Assembly: GCA_002245135.1 (NCBI GenBank)
Contig: NGBS01001160.1
Coordinates: forward strand, 372,001-436,000
DNA length: 64,000 bases
Reading direction: 5' to 3'
Source of the DNA: Proteromonas lacertae
Taxonomy: Eukaryota
Shown here piece after piece: positions 1-11,660 of the stretch. A model generated the notes under the pieces. That model saw only the letters and a list, made by a program, of their open reading frames with translations. It was not told the DNA's origin and did not search any database. Each line of letters begins with the position of its first letter. Within the stretch, counting starts at the first letter, position 1. Both the position numbers and the translations under genes were made by a program.

Positions 1-430
1 TCTAGTATTTTTTATGCTAATATCACCTATTTTTGCTTCTTTATTGGGAAAATCTTCATCACATGCAATTCCTGGATAGGAAGCAATAAGATTTTGATTA
101 TCAGCTAAATCTAATAATGGAATATAATAATTTGTTTGATTTTCTAAATAATTACTGGGATATTAAGAATACTTATATCATGAATTCTAAAGAATGCTTT
201 CTCAGTACATTCAACTGGAACTCTTAAATTCCATGATATATTCATCGCTTCATATGCATTAACTTTCAATGGATGAATTAATTGAATATTCAAACTAGTA
301 CTGTTTGTTATATCTAAATTAGTGAAATCACTGTTTGAAAAAGTAATTTCATCGGCCTATTATGTTATAAATACATGAAGCATACTATACAACAAGCAAA
401 TAAAAATAAAACAATTATAGAACAACACAT
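1..430 (-). CDS. Secreted or membrane protein of unknown function, 5' part (runs off window start)
   Basis: ATG at 430. Hydrophobic signal peptide MCCSIIVLFLFACCIA; removing two ~29-nt GT-AG introns gives an open frame to position 1. Confidence 0.6.
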
Positions 431-489
431 TTCAAAATTTTCGTTGAATGAAAATATATCCGTTTCTTAATAATTAAAAATCATTTTAA

Positions 490-3400
490 ATGGAGAGAAC
501 AGAAAGATATAGTTATCCCAGTTTTGTCACTATTAAAAACAGCAAAGGTGTTTTACGACCTAATGAATATTATGTATTAATATGGGTTACTTTTGAAATA
601 GCAAAGAGATGACTTGTCTTGCAACTATAAAGATTGTTCAGAATGTAAAAATTCACCAAATGAAATTGATGGATGTATATTATATGAATAATAGGTTTAT
701 AGATTTTGATTCAACAAAGCCAATTTTGTTTTTAGATTCAGATTTCGTTTTATTTTATCATATTATTGAATCAATGAATGACTTATTTGTAAATTCTATA
801 TTATTGACAAGTGTTATTACAGATTGTAGATATCGTTCTAGTTCAAGAGTATTAAAGTGTTTATGTGTGTATAATGTATAGTTATATAATAATCTAATGA
901 ATGCAATTCATAATCCTAGCAGAGATTATTTCTTAGTTTTTGAAAATCAATATAATAACAAGATATATCATTTTTATTTTCTTATTTTTATTTCTTTTCT
1001 TTTAACTCAATTATTCAAGGAAATATGTTTTGGAAAAGATCCAATTGAATTGAGAAAACATCAATTTGAAACAGGAGTTGCTTGGTATATCAACCATATT
1101 CAAAAACAACTTCCAGAGATGAAATTCATTGTATTATCTATGAATGAAGATATTCACATTGATAATGCTATAAAATACAATGTATTAGTATTGATGATAG
1201 TATTTGAATAGATTGCAGAATATGTATCTACTTTTGTAAATATTCCAAAAGAAATAAAACAGTTGTATTTTATAAATGTTTGATATATTTGTTAAATAGA
1301 GCAGATGAAATAGTTTATGAAAGGAAATGTTACTTAGAATCATTACAGAATAAAGAACAAAATAAATATGAAGTAAAGGATGGTGAAGTCTATACTGGAA
1401 TTATAAATGTAAGTAAACATCATCCGATAGAAGCGATAGTGAAATTAGATAGAATGACAATGAATTTATCAGAAATATTGGTATTATTTTAAACTGTTAT
1501 TAAATAGATTCCAAATAGAGAAGCAAGATCAAATAGTATAAATGGTGATAGAGTAAAAGTGAAATTATATTCTAAAGAACATTGGAAATCAAAACATTCT
1601 AAAGTAATAATACCAACTGAACAAATATCAGTTGTTGATGAAGAGATTGAAAGAAGAATAAATGGAAGAGAAGATGTAATGTTAGAGAATAATCAGGATA
1701 TATTACCTACTGGATATGTTGTAGAAGTTACAAATACTGATAATAGAAGATCATATGTTTGTACAGTTGATTCATTTTCAATTACAAAGAAAGAGTATTT
1801 GATGTATGTTTTATTTATAGTTTTCTCGCTGTTCCAATGGATATAACAATACCGAAGATAAGAGTTATTTCAAGTAATGGTTCATTATTAATAGGTGAAA
1901 GAATTGTAGTAATAATCGATGAGTTTTTAGAAAATACATTTTATCCAATTGGTCATTTTACAAGAGTTTTAGGGAAGATAGGAGATTCATCAACAGAAAT
2001 ATACTCATTATGTATTGAACATCAGGTATATTTGTTATTTAAATGTATTGAATTAGGTTGAAAATCATTTATTGCCATTCAGTAGTAATGTGATAAAATG
2101 CCTTCCAGTTATTGAATCAGATAAAGCTTGGAAACCTTCTGATGAAGAAATAAAGAATAGACTGGATTTAAGAGAAACTCATAATGTTGTAAGTATAGAT
2201 CCATGTGGATGTGAAGATATTGATGATGCTTTATCTGTGGTAAGAAAGACTAATGATATTGTTCAAATAGGAATTCATATTGCTGATGTTTCGTATTTTG
2301 TACCTAAAAACAGTGCAATAGATAAAGAAGCACAACTAAGATCAACTTCAATTTATTTAGTTAATAAGAGATTGGATATGCTTCCAAGAGAACTAAGTAC
2401 TGATTTATGTAGTTTAAGATCAGGGATGGATAGATATGCAGTGAGTGTATTAGTAGATATTAACACTAAAACAGGCGAAATAAATTGGAATAATATCTAC
2501 TATGGAAGAACATTAGTGAGAAGTAGATATAGTTTGTCATATGAACAGGCACAAAACATGTTTGATGGAAAACCACCAGGTGAATATAAACCCAATAAGA
2601 AACCAGATAGTAGTGATTTAAACTTAGATTCATCAGTGTTTTATAAATACCATAAAACAACAGGAGGACCAGTAAATGAAAAAGATATAAAGTGTTTAAC
2701 AGAAGATATAACAGTGTTAGTAAAAGGTATATAATTTTAATATAATGATGTAGTTTCAAGATTGTTGAAAGAAAAAAGAGAAAAAAGAGGAGCATTAACA
2801 ATTCAAAATAATGAATTGAATTTCTCAATAAAAGATGGTGAATTGGTAATAGATTCATCTGAACATATTGAATTACATGATACAATTGCTGAAATGATGA
2901 TTTTAGGTAATGAATTAGTTGCTAGGAAAATTCATAATATATTTCCAGAATCAGCATTATTACGTATTCATCCTCCCCCAGATAAAAATAAATTCAAGAA
3001 AGTAGAAGAATTGATTAAATCAAAGAATATAACATTTGATTTTTCTTCTGATAAGTCTCTTTCTCAAACACTACAACAATTAGAATCCATGATTGATGAT
3101 TATTCATTCAATTATATTAATACAATTTTAACTAGATCATTGTCTGAAGCTTTGTATATTTGTACAGGATCATTTTTAAAGAATAAAGATGTTACAACAA
3201 CTAATATATCATCAATATATTCTCATTTTGGTTTAGGTTTAGATTTTTATACACATTTCACATCTCCTATTAGAAGATATGCTGATTTAATTGTTCATAG
3301 ATTATTGATTTTCAGTTTACAATATGAAAAAGAAAAGAATAATGAATGTAAATCAATTGCTAATAAGAATATTACTCCCAGTATTACTTCTTTACCAGAG

Positions 3401-4617
3401 GATAGTACAATATCAATGCTAAATGGAGATGATGTTGATAAGATTGATGAAGTATATTCTGTTTATATTTGATTTTTTATTAGAATGAAGTGAATATTCC
3501 TTTGTATAAATTGACTAAAAAAAGTAATCTTCTTTCATCATCAACAGAAAGAACTGTAGTTATTTCGCATGATAATGTTAGTGTAGTAAATGACGAGAAA
3601 ATAGAAATTCATTGCAAAAACAATGATTATAATGAAATAAAACCTCAACATTTACTCTATTCAAGTGAAGAATTGTCAAGAATTTCAAATCACTGTATTA
3701 CTATTTATTATTTTTACAAATAGTGAATGAATTGAATAGAAGAGCTAAATATGTAAGTAGTGCAAGTAATGAATTATATACAACTCAATATTTCATTAAT
3801 AAAACTGAAAATGTGATTGGTATTATTGTAGATATAAAACTGAATGGTGTTAAAGTGTTTATTCCCCAATACAATATTAAAGGAGATATTTTGTTAATAT
3901 CAAATAAATCTGTATACTTTATATTTTATTCACTTATCTACTGAAATAGGATGTAAATCCATTGAAAATGTTTAGTGAAGTTATCCATAAGAAAGAATCT
4001 GATATATCTGTCTCTATTGATATAAATAATCAATCATTAACAATAAATGGAAGTATTTTACATTTGTTTTCTCCAATTATTGTGCAATTGTCATGTTATG
4101 TGAAAGACACAACTTATAGAATGCCTTCTATTGAATATATTCTTTTCAACATTACAACAGAAGGATTTGTACCAACATCACATAGTATAAAAAATGAAAT
4201 TCAGGATGATAATGATGAAACTATAAATAAAAAAGAAATAGAAGTAATGAATAAACCAAAATCATTATATGATATTTGCAATTCAATGAAATTACATACA
4301 TATGGTTCTTATAATAATAATGATGATTTAACAGACAAAAACAAAAACAATCAAATTGTTGAAGTTACAAATGGAAGATATTTAACAAAGAAAATGAAAG
4401 AATATTGTATTTTGAAAATTATGTATTTTGCTATATAGATGATAATAAAAAGGTAGAACATGAAAAAGAACTGGATGATTATTTAGATTCATTAACTCAA
4501 AGTTATCATGATCAAAAAGAGGCAAAGGATTTGGAAGAAAGAGCAATGGAAAGAGTAAACAGATTGAAAATTGCCAAAATTAATGATAGAATACATAAAA
4601 ACAAGAATAAACAATAA
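490..4617 (+). CDS. DIS3: DIS3/Rrp44-family exosome exoribonuclease (PIN + RNB), multi-exon
   Basis: Spliced N-terminus EYYQRDDLSC..C..C. RNB motifs SIDPCGCEDIDDALS, HIADVS and HFGLGLDFYTHFTSPIRRYADLIVHR. About 13 short GT-AG introns join the ORF fragments. Confidence 0.88.
965..1018 (+). other. Probable U12-type AT-AA intron in DIS3 (54 nt, in frame)
   Basis: ATATCATTTT donor, T-rich body, TTCTTTTAAC branch-like site, ends TTCAA. Read-through gives an implausible IYHFYFLIFISFLL segment. Confidence 0.65.
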
Positions 4618-4635
4618 ATGATTAACATCCAAAAT

Positions 4636-5444
4636 CTATTCTTTATTTATATATGTTTTATTTGTATTAAAAGCATACATTATTCCACTAGCTATGGTTG
4701 TACATCCAACACTCCATTGCATTAACGTCATTATTTGCTGAGGAGGAAGAGCAAATGCAGCATGCGTCATTCCAAATGCAAATAAAACAAATAATAAAAC
4801 TGTATTTAACTATAGAATATAACAAAAACAATTTAAATACTTTTGAAATGAAAAATGGTTTTATTTGTATTTTTCCTGATAATTCCTTCAAATTAAGCAA
4901 ATTTAAAAGTTTTAAATCTGATTTATCACTTCCTTTTGCAGTAAAATATAAAAATCCAGATAACAACCCAATATCTCTACCAATTATCAAACTCATCAGT
5001 TGCCAAGGGAGTATTCCTGTATATGTCTGTGTTAATGCTATTGTTATTGCTAAAGTTTTATCAGCTAAAGGATCTAACATTGAACCTAATGAACTTTCTT
5101 GATGAAAATAACGAGCAACAAAACCATCAGCAAAATCGAGTAAACTAGATATACAGAAGGTTCCTAATGCTAGATATGTATAATTATTTATCATTAAATA
5201 TGCAATAACTGGAGCAGAAACTAATCTTACAGTAGACATTGCATTTGGTATTGTGAAAATCTTATCATTTTTATTTTTTGAATCTTTGTTTGATGGTTCT
5301 GTAGAACTAAAGTGAACATTTTGAATGATTGGCTAACTACATAAATAATCAGTATTATACTTTAATTCGTGGTTTGCATACACAATACTTCAAACCTGAT
5401 TTAGGAATTATTCTAGTTGCACTAAATAATATTTTAGATAACAT
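4636..5444 (-). CDS. CRLS1: Cardiolipin synthase (CDP-alcohol phosphatidyltransferase), mitochondrial-type presequence
   Basis: IFTIPN and DFADGFVARYFHQESSLGSMLDPLADK motifs. Basic presequence MLSKILFSATRIIPK. Two introns. Confidence 0.8.
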
Positions 5445-5466
5445 GAATAATGAAGAAATAAATTAA

Positions 5467-5474
5467 TGAAACGA
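5467..5474. promoter_or_regulatory. Recurrent upstream motif TGAAACGA (example instance)
   Basis: Also at 8856, 10231, 11635, 16109, 29370, 38156, 56334 and 63970, each about 20-70 nt from a predicted ATG. Confidence 0.55.
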
Positions 5475-5514
5475 ATAGATTTTATTTTGAATTTTATATT
5501 TTTTGAATTATTGA

Positions 5515-6759
5515 ATGGAGGAGGAAAGATATTCTTGGGATAATGAAGAAAATAATTCAAGCAACATGCCATTGCCACCAGAATTAGTAAATGATGAAGA
5601 AAACCAAAAAATGTATAATTGGGAAACAAGTGATGATGAAAGCTCTAGTTATTCAAGTTATTCAAGTAGTTCGTCAACTAGAGTAAGGGATGGATCTGCT
5701 TCTCCGAAAAGTTCTTCTGAAACTGATTCTAGTTATATGCATATATTTCATAATCTGATGTATTTAAATAGACCTGAAGTGAGGTTATTATATTCTGAAA
5801 GAGAAGAATGGAAAGATATCCAACCATTACCTCAATATGTTGGTCCTGCTCCTGTATGTCCTATCAATTATTCTGACCAATGTATATCCATTATATTATA
5901 ATTATAGATAATGATATAATGGGTTATTTTCGTGCAATAATTCATAAACATGAAATATCTCAAAGAGCTTTAGATTTGACATTGGATTGTATTACCTATT
6001 CACCATCGAATTATACAGTATGGCAATATAGAAGACAGTGTTTAAGAGCATTAGGGTGTAATTTAGTAGATGAACTAATGTTGATGGAAAAAATATGTTT
6101 AGATATTCCAAAGAATTATCAGATTTGGTTTCATCGTCAATCTTTGATTAAAGATTGTAAATTTGTGGATCATGAATTAGAATTAACAGAGAAAGTATTA
6201 GCTGATGATAGTAAGAATTATCATGCATGGCAGCATAGACAGTGGCTGTTACAATATACAAATGATTATAGTCATGAATTAGAATATGTAGAAAAATTGA
6301 TAAATATTGATGTTAGGAATAATTCTGCATGGAATCAGAGATGGTTTGTTATGAAACAAACCGATGGATATAAAGATAAGAGTGGTAAAGGTAATTTAGA
6401 AATATGCACAAAAGAAATGTTTTATGTATTGAGAAAAGCAAGATTGGATATGAATAATTACAGTCCTTGGTATTATTTAAGATCGTATTATTTTTATATA
6501 ATTGTTATTTCGTAGTGTATTTATTGAAACAGGAGTAGTAATGTTTATGGGAATTAATCAAACATTTGATGAATTATATGAGAAATTCAGCAAAATTCCA
6601 GCTTTTCTATCATTCTTGACATTCTATTATACAAGAGCGAATGAATTTTCTAAAGCCATAAAGTATTACAATGAATTGATAGAAGTTGATCCACTTAGAA
6701 CTAATTTATATAAATTGAGAATAAAAAGAATGACTGAAAAAATAGATAAAAGTAAATAA
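5515..6759 (+). CDS. FNTA: Protein farnesyltransferase/GGTase-I alpha subunit
   Basis: PPTA repeats SNYTVWQYR, KNYQIWFHR, KNYHAWQHR, RNNSAWNQR; EW.DI.PLPQ motif. Confidence 0.92.
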
Positions 6760-6801
6760 ATTATTAATTAAATGGTATTATTATTCATTTGTTTTAAAAA
6801 A

Positions 6802-7500
6802 CTATAGATTCTCTTTTATATCTAAATATATCCTGAAATGACTTTCATTTCCAATTGTATAAGTTGCATGTTCTTGTTTTTCCATAATCTGTCCTACTGA
6901 TATTTGAGATTCTTGAAATGTTAATATTACAACTCCAATTGGTGTAATAAATTGAAATAATTTCTTATCTAGTATTTGCAGGAATTCTGTATTAATATGC
7001 TCACGTAATTGAGATAATGCTAAAGACGGAGTAGTTTCTACAGCTGCAAAAGCCTGAATTGTATTTTTGACGAATATAAAGAGAGTGATGTAATCTGTAG
7101 AACTTGGCTTTATGTCAGAAGGAGGTAATGATATTGAAGCATCACTTAGTTTTGTCATATCGTTCAGAGAATCTATTCTTCCTAATGAAGAAAAATCATT
7201 TGAGCTAATCCTATTTAAAGCTGTTGGCATGATAGCTGGCTGTATTAAAGAAGATGCCCCTATTATATAAATCAAAATAACATTATACAATCATCAGATG
7301 GAAGAGATTCCCTTTCTGTTGTAATAAAATCATCAGAACTATTTATTCGATAAAAATGTAATGTAATACAATAAAGGACGATTTGGTCTCTTCTGAGATG
7401 TTGGTTCATCAACTAATTTATAGAAATTTAATATACGGTGAGTTAAAGTATAATTTTTATTATCTGTTAAAGAAGTGTGTGGACTATTTGAAAAGCTCAT
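6802..7500 (-). CDS. Hypothetical protein, multi-exon
   Basis: ATG at 7500; short GT-AG introns link it to ORF 6802-7290. Confidence 0.55.
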
Positions 7501-7661
7501 TTAAAAGATTTTTAAAAATGAATATTTTGTGTCAAAATGTAATTTACATGATAAATGTAATTATGAAATAAAAAATGTATACGATAATATATATACGATA
7601 ATATATATACTATATGAAAATAGTATCATATACAATAGTTAGTATAGTGAATATATTTAAA

Positions 7662-8837
7662 CTATCTGTTAAATCCATGTTTTAAATAATATAAACCATA
7701 TATTAAACTAAATTCTACCTGTTTCAATGACATTGTCATATTATTATTATTATATTTTGAAATTGGATATACATATCCATTATACAATGACCGATATAAA
7801 GTTGGCTTATTTTTAAACTTATACTTATCATCATATCCTTCATCATATGTATTAGGATTAACATTATGAAATAATGAAAATAACAAGAAATGTTTATAAT
7901 TTAATGAATAACTATAACACATAAAATCAGTTATAAAAAATGTTCCTATACATTCAATGATTAAACATTTTGATGATAAAATCCATATCATATTCGTTAA
8001 ACCAGATCCATGAACACTTATTATTATTTTAGATTTCATTATTGATTCAATTTGTTCTTTGGGACTTTTATCTTCAAAATATATTTCATTGTAATTATAT
8101 TTCATTGATTTGATCATTTCTTTTATCATCTCTAGATTCGTTATACTTCTGTTCTTCCTTTCACTTTTCGACTTATTATTGATATTAAATTTTCTTTTTC
8201 TTTTACATTTTCTTTATCGACCTTTATTATAATTACGAAATATTCCTCCAAATTCACAATTTGCACTTCGAATATAAATATGAACAGTTTTATAACATAA
8301 TAAATGATTTTTGGATTTTCTTAATAGTTTAGATATTTCTGATTGAAATGATATCTTAAATGGTTTATTATAATTATTTATCATCATTTTCAACATCATG
8401 TTATTATAAGGAATTGTAGATTGTGGATTAAAATCCATTATAAGATGATTAATTGGAGGATATTTATTATCATTTTGAATATTATATAAAAACATATTAT
8501 CCAAAAAATGAGCTACATTTTCATTTAGCCAAGAAGATGTTAGATAAATTTCTTCGTCATAGCTAAAATGAGGGTTACCTAATATGAAATTATGTCGAAA
8601 AGAAAATCTAAAAAATAAATTATCTAATAATCTCGAATATTGTTGATGCTCTAATAAATTTGACAAATAAATCATTAATACACCAGCTCTAAAATCTATT
8701 GGCTTTCTAAAACATATGTTATTAGCAGTAATCCAATAATTTCCAGATTCTTTTACCAAGTCTTCATGAAAATCAATTGAACTATATTCACAGTATATAT
8801 ATTTAGAGAGAATGAGAAAAATCAATAAAATATTCAT
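7662..8837 (-). pseudogene. GT61-like glycosyltransferase paralogue A, disrupted
   Basis: HGSGLTN motif. Relative to paralogues B and D it has a deletion creating TAA at 8214-8216 and a second 1-nt loss near 8155-8160, with no convincing intron. Confidence 0.65.
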
Positions 8838-8924
8838 TTTAATCAAATCAAATCATGAAACGAATATAATTTTATTACTACTGAAATGTTAAATTTACGA
8901 CTAATCTTTACATTATTTTTCATT
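8712..8924. repeat. 213-bp inverted repeat of 11574-11786 (GT61 5' end, bidirectional promoter and GT77 5' stub)
   Basis: Direct base-by-base comparison; one mismatch seen. Confidence 0.92.
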
Positions 8925-8985
8925 TGGAAGTTGAAATTTCTTTACTTTGAAAGATATAGCATCATAACCTGGAGGAACATATTAC

Positions 8986-10212
8986 TCATTGGTTAAGGTA
9001 AAAACCATATCTCAAACAAAAATCTATTTGTTTTAAGGATATAATCATATTATTATTACCTGTAATAAATGTAGGGTAGAAACTAGCAGAGTAAACAGAC
9101 TGAATAATTGTTGGTTTACTTTCAAATTTGTATTTTTTATCATATCCATCATCAAATGTATTAGGGTTTATATTATTAAACATAGAATGAAGTAAAATAT
9201 AATTATAATTTAATGATGATGATAGTCTTTCAAATCCTATTGCGAAATATGTTGAAATACATTCGATAATTAAACATTTTGATGATAAAATCCATATCAT
9301 GTTCGTTAAACCAGATCCATGTGGACTTATTATTATTTTAGATTTCATTATTGATTCTATTTGTTCTTTAGGACTTTTATTTTCGAAATATATTTCATTG
9401 TAATTATATTTCATTGATTTTATCATTTCTTTTATCATCTCTAGATTGATTATATTTCTTTTATTTCCATATATAATTCTATTAACAATTGTTATTAAAT
9501 TTTCATTTTCTTTTATATTTTCTCTTTTTATTTTTATGTATTTATATCCTTCATCACGATATTGTCTGCCTTTGTGATAATTTCGAAATATTCCTAACCA
9601 ACCACCATTTTCACTTCGAATATAAATATGAACAGTTTTATAACATAATAAATGATTTTTGGATTTTCTTAATAGTTTAGATATTTCTGATTGAAATGAT
9701 ATCTTAAATGGTTTATTATAATTATTTATCATCATTTTCAACATCATGTTATTATAAGGAATTGTAGATTGTGGATTAAAATCAGCCATTATAAGATGAT
9801 TCATTGGAGGATATTTATTATCATTTTGAATATTATATAAAAACATATTCTCCAAAGAATGAGCTATATTCCACTCAATAAAACTAGAAACCATCCATAT
9901 GTTATTAGTTTTAGTTATGGTAGAATCATATGAATATTTGTTATAACTATTATACATAGGATAAAACTCAAATGTAGATAACTTAATTTTCATTAAATCT
10001 ATTTTATTTTTTACATCGATATTGTTTTGAGTATTATTCACAAAATAAAGTATGAATCCTGGTTTATAAGGCAATATCTCTCTTTGACATATATTTTTAG
10101 CAGTAATCCAATAATTTCCAGATTCTTTTACCAATTCTTCATGAAAATCAACTGAACTATATTCACAATATATATATTTCCACAGAAAGAGAAAAATCAA
10201 TAATAAATTCAT
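8986..10212 (-). CDS. GT61-like (DUF563) glycosyltransferase paralogue B, intronless, signal anchor
   Basis: N-terminal hydrophobic anchor; NIAH; RNIINLE; EQIE..IISPHGSGLTNMIW..IIEC. Confidence 0.78.
   Translation of the reverse strand: MNLLLIFLFLWKYIYCEYSSVDFHEELVKESGNYWITAKNICQREILPYKPGFILYFVNNTQNNIDVKNKIDLMKIKLSTFEFYPMYNSYNKYSYDSTITKTNNIWMVSSFIEWNIAHSLENMFLYNIQNDNKYPPMNHLIMADFNPQSTIPYNNMMLKMMINNYNKPFKISFQSEISKLLRKSKNHLLCYKTVHIYIRSENGGWLGIFRNYHKGRQYRDEGYKYIKIKRENIKENENLITIVNRIIYGNKRNIINLEMIKEMIKSMKYNYNEIYFENKSPKEQIESIMKSKIIISPHGSGLTNMIWILSSKCLIIECISTYFAIGFERLSSSLNYNYILLHSMFNNINPNTFDDGYDKKYKFESKPTIIQSVYSASFYPTFITGNNNMIISLKQIDFCLRYGFYLNQ
9257..9849. repeat. 593-bp inverted repeat of 12003-12595 (core of paralogues B and D)
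   Basis: About 3 mismatches seen, all synonymous. A further near-identical block pairs about 9107-9238 with 12614-12745. Confidence 0.92.
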
Positions 10213-10260
10213 ATTAATCAAATCAAACTATGAAACGAATATATATTTATAAATTTTAAA

Positions 10261-10291
10261 ATGTTAAATTTACGACTAATCTTTACATTAT
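10261..10291. repeat. 31-bp perfect inverted copy of the first ~10 codons of the GT77 gene (11582-11612)
   Basis: ATGTTAAATTTACGACTAATCTTTACATTAT is on + at 10261, on - at 11612, and on + again at 8886. Confidence 0.92.
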
Positions 10292-10299
10292 ATAACTTA

Positions 10300-11612
10300 T
10301 TAAATTTGATTATTGAAAAAATATCCTTTGATATTAAGATAATATCTATATTCATCAACTATTTCATCAGGTATTGGATTAGAAAGACAATGTATAGATA
10401 AAACTGAATAAAAATTCAACAATCTCATTACATCAATATTTTCATTACATACTTCTTTCACATTCTCTTTCACTTCTTTTGGAACTAATTCATTCAATAG
10501 AAATACTTTCAAATATTAACTAAACTATTCTATTTACTAAACAATAAAAAGGATATATTCTCTCGATAGTTTAATCCATATCTTTCTTCAAAGTATTTCA
10601 AATTCCAAAAATTTATGAAATTATAATAATATGTCTGATTTTTATAATAATTAGAAAATCTAGGAAATATTATTGTTCGATTTAATTCTTTTGCTAAATA
10701 CATTAAATATAGCATTGATTTTTCGTAATCATTTAGATTATTTGATTTAATTATTGTTGAATATTTTATATATTTTCTTGTTTTTGAAGAATAATATTCA
10801 TTCTCATCATTCTTCCATACTCCCAATTCTTTAAATCGATAGATTTTGAATGAATAACCTTTAGTACAAGTATTATGAAATCCAATCACATTTCTAATAT
10901 TTTTATCATCTACAAATTTTCCATATATATTAAAATAATGATTTCCATGAGGGAAAGAATCTATTGGGAATGATGAGTATTTTAAAGCATTTATTCTATT
11001 TGATGTTAAAAGAATATTGACTCTTCCTTGTTCACCAAATTTGTAAATCAAAGAAGATATTTTTCCCATTTTTACTGATCTTTCAAATAGTTTGATTGAT
11101 GGTTTTGATGGTTTTACATAAAATAATCCATAACACATCTCATTACATAATGGAGGATTATCACATTGATAAACTATATCATCATCAATATTTATATATT
11201 TCAATAATTCTAAAGGATTTCTATAGAAGAATAAATCAGAATCCATATTTAATATTGTTAAATTTTGTTTTAAATAATATAAGATTATCTCATTTCGAAG
11301 TCTTAACTTTCTATTTAGATTAGGATCATCAAAATTATATGTTGGAGTAATATCTTCTGTAGGAATTGGAGAGTTTTCGACTGGAATATTATGTTGTTTA
11401 TATACTATATACGATGATTTATACCATACTATAATGCTAAAATTTGGAACATCAAACTTCAATATCACTTCATTATAGAAGTTTTCTACCATTTCTAACA
11501 CATTTGAGTCAGCTGTTATTATTATTTTATCAGGAACATTTATATTATATTCGTACGTGATTTTTATTTCTAGAATGAAAAATAATGTAAAGATTAGTCG
11601 TAAATTTAACAT
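10300..11612 (-). CDS. Nucleotide-diphospho-sugar transferase (GT77-like), with one probable U12 intron
   Basis: Signal anchor; MDSD (DxD) motif ..RNP; GLFYV; FHN; KIYRFKELGVW; C-terminal LAKELNRTIIFP. Confidence 0.75.
10507..10556 (-). other. Probable U12-type AT-AA intron in the GT77 gene
   Basis: Perfect ATATCCTTT donor at phase 0. In-frame AA acceptors at 10507 or 10516 join YREN to the 10300-10512 ORF. Confidence 0.62.
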
Positions 11613-11660
11613 TTCAATAGTAATAAAATTATATTCGTTTCATGATTTGATTTGATTAAA

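Noticed and set aside
609..4617. Alternative genetic code or stop readthrough to explain the fragmented ORFs
   Set aside because: Short introns account for the breaks, and TAA, TAG and TGA all occur at predicted gene ends.
7578..7610. 14-bp tandem duplication TATACGATAATATA
   Set aside because: Two copies in AT-rich intergenic DNA, consistent with replication slippage.
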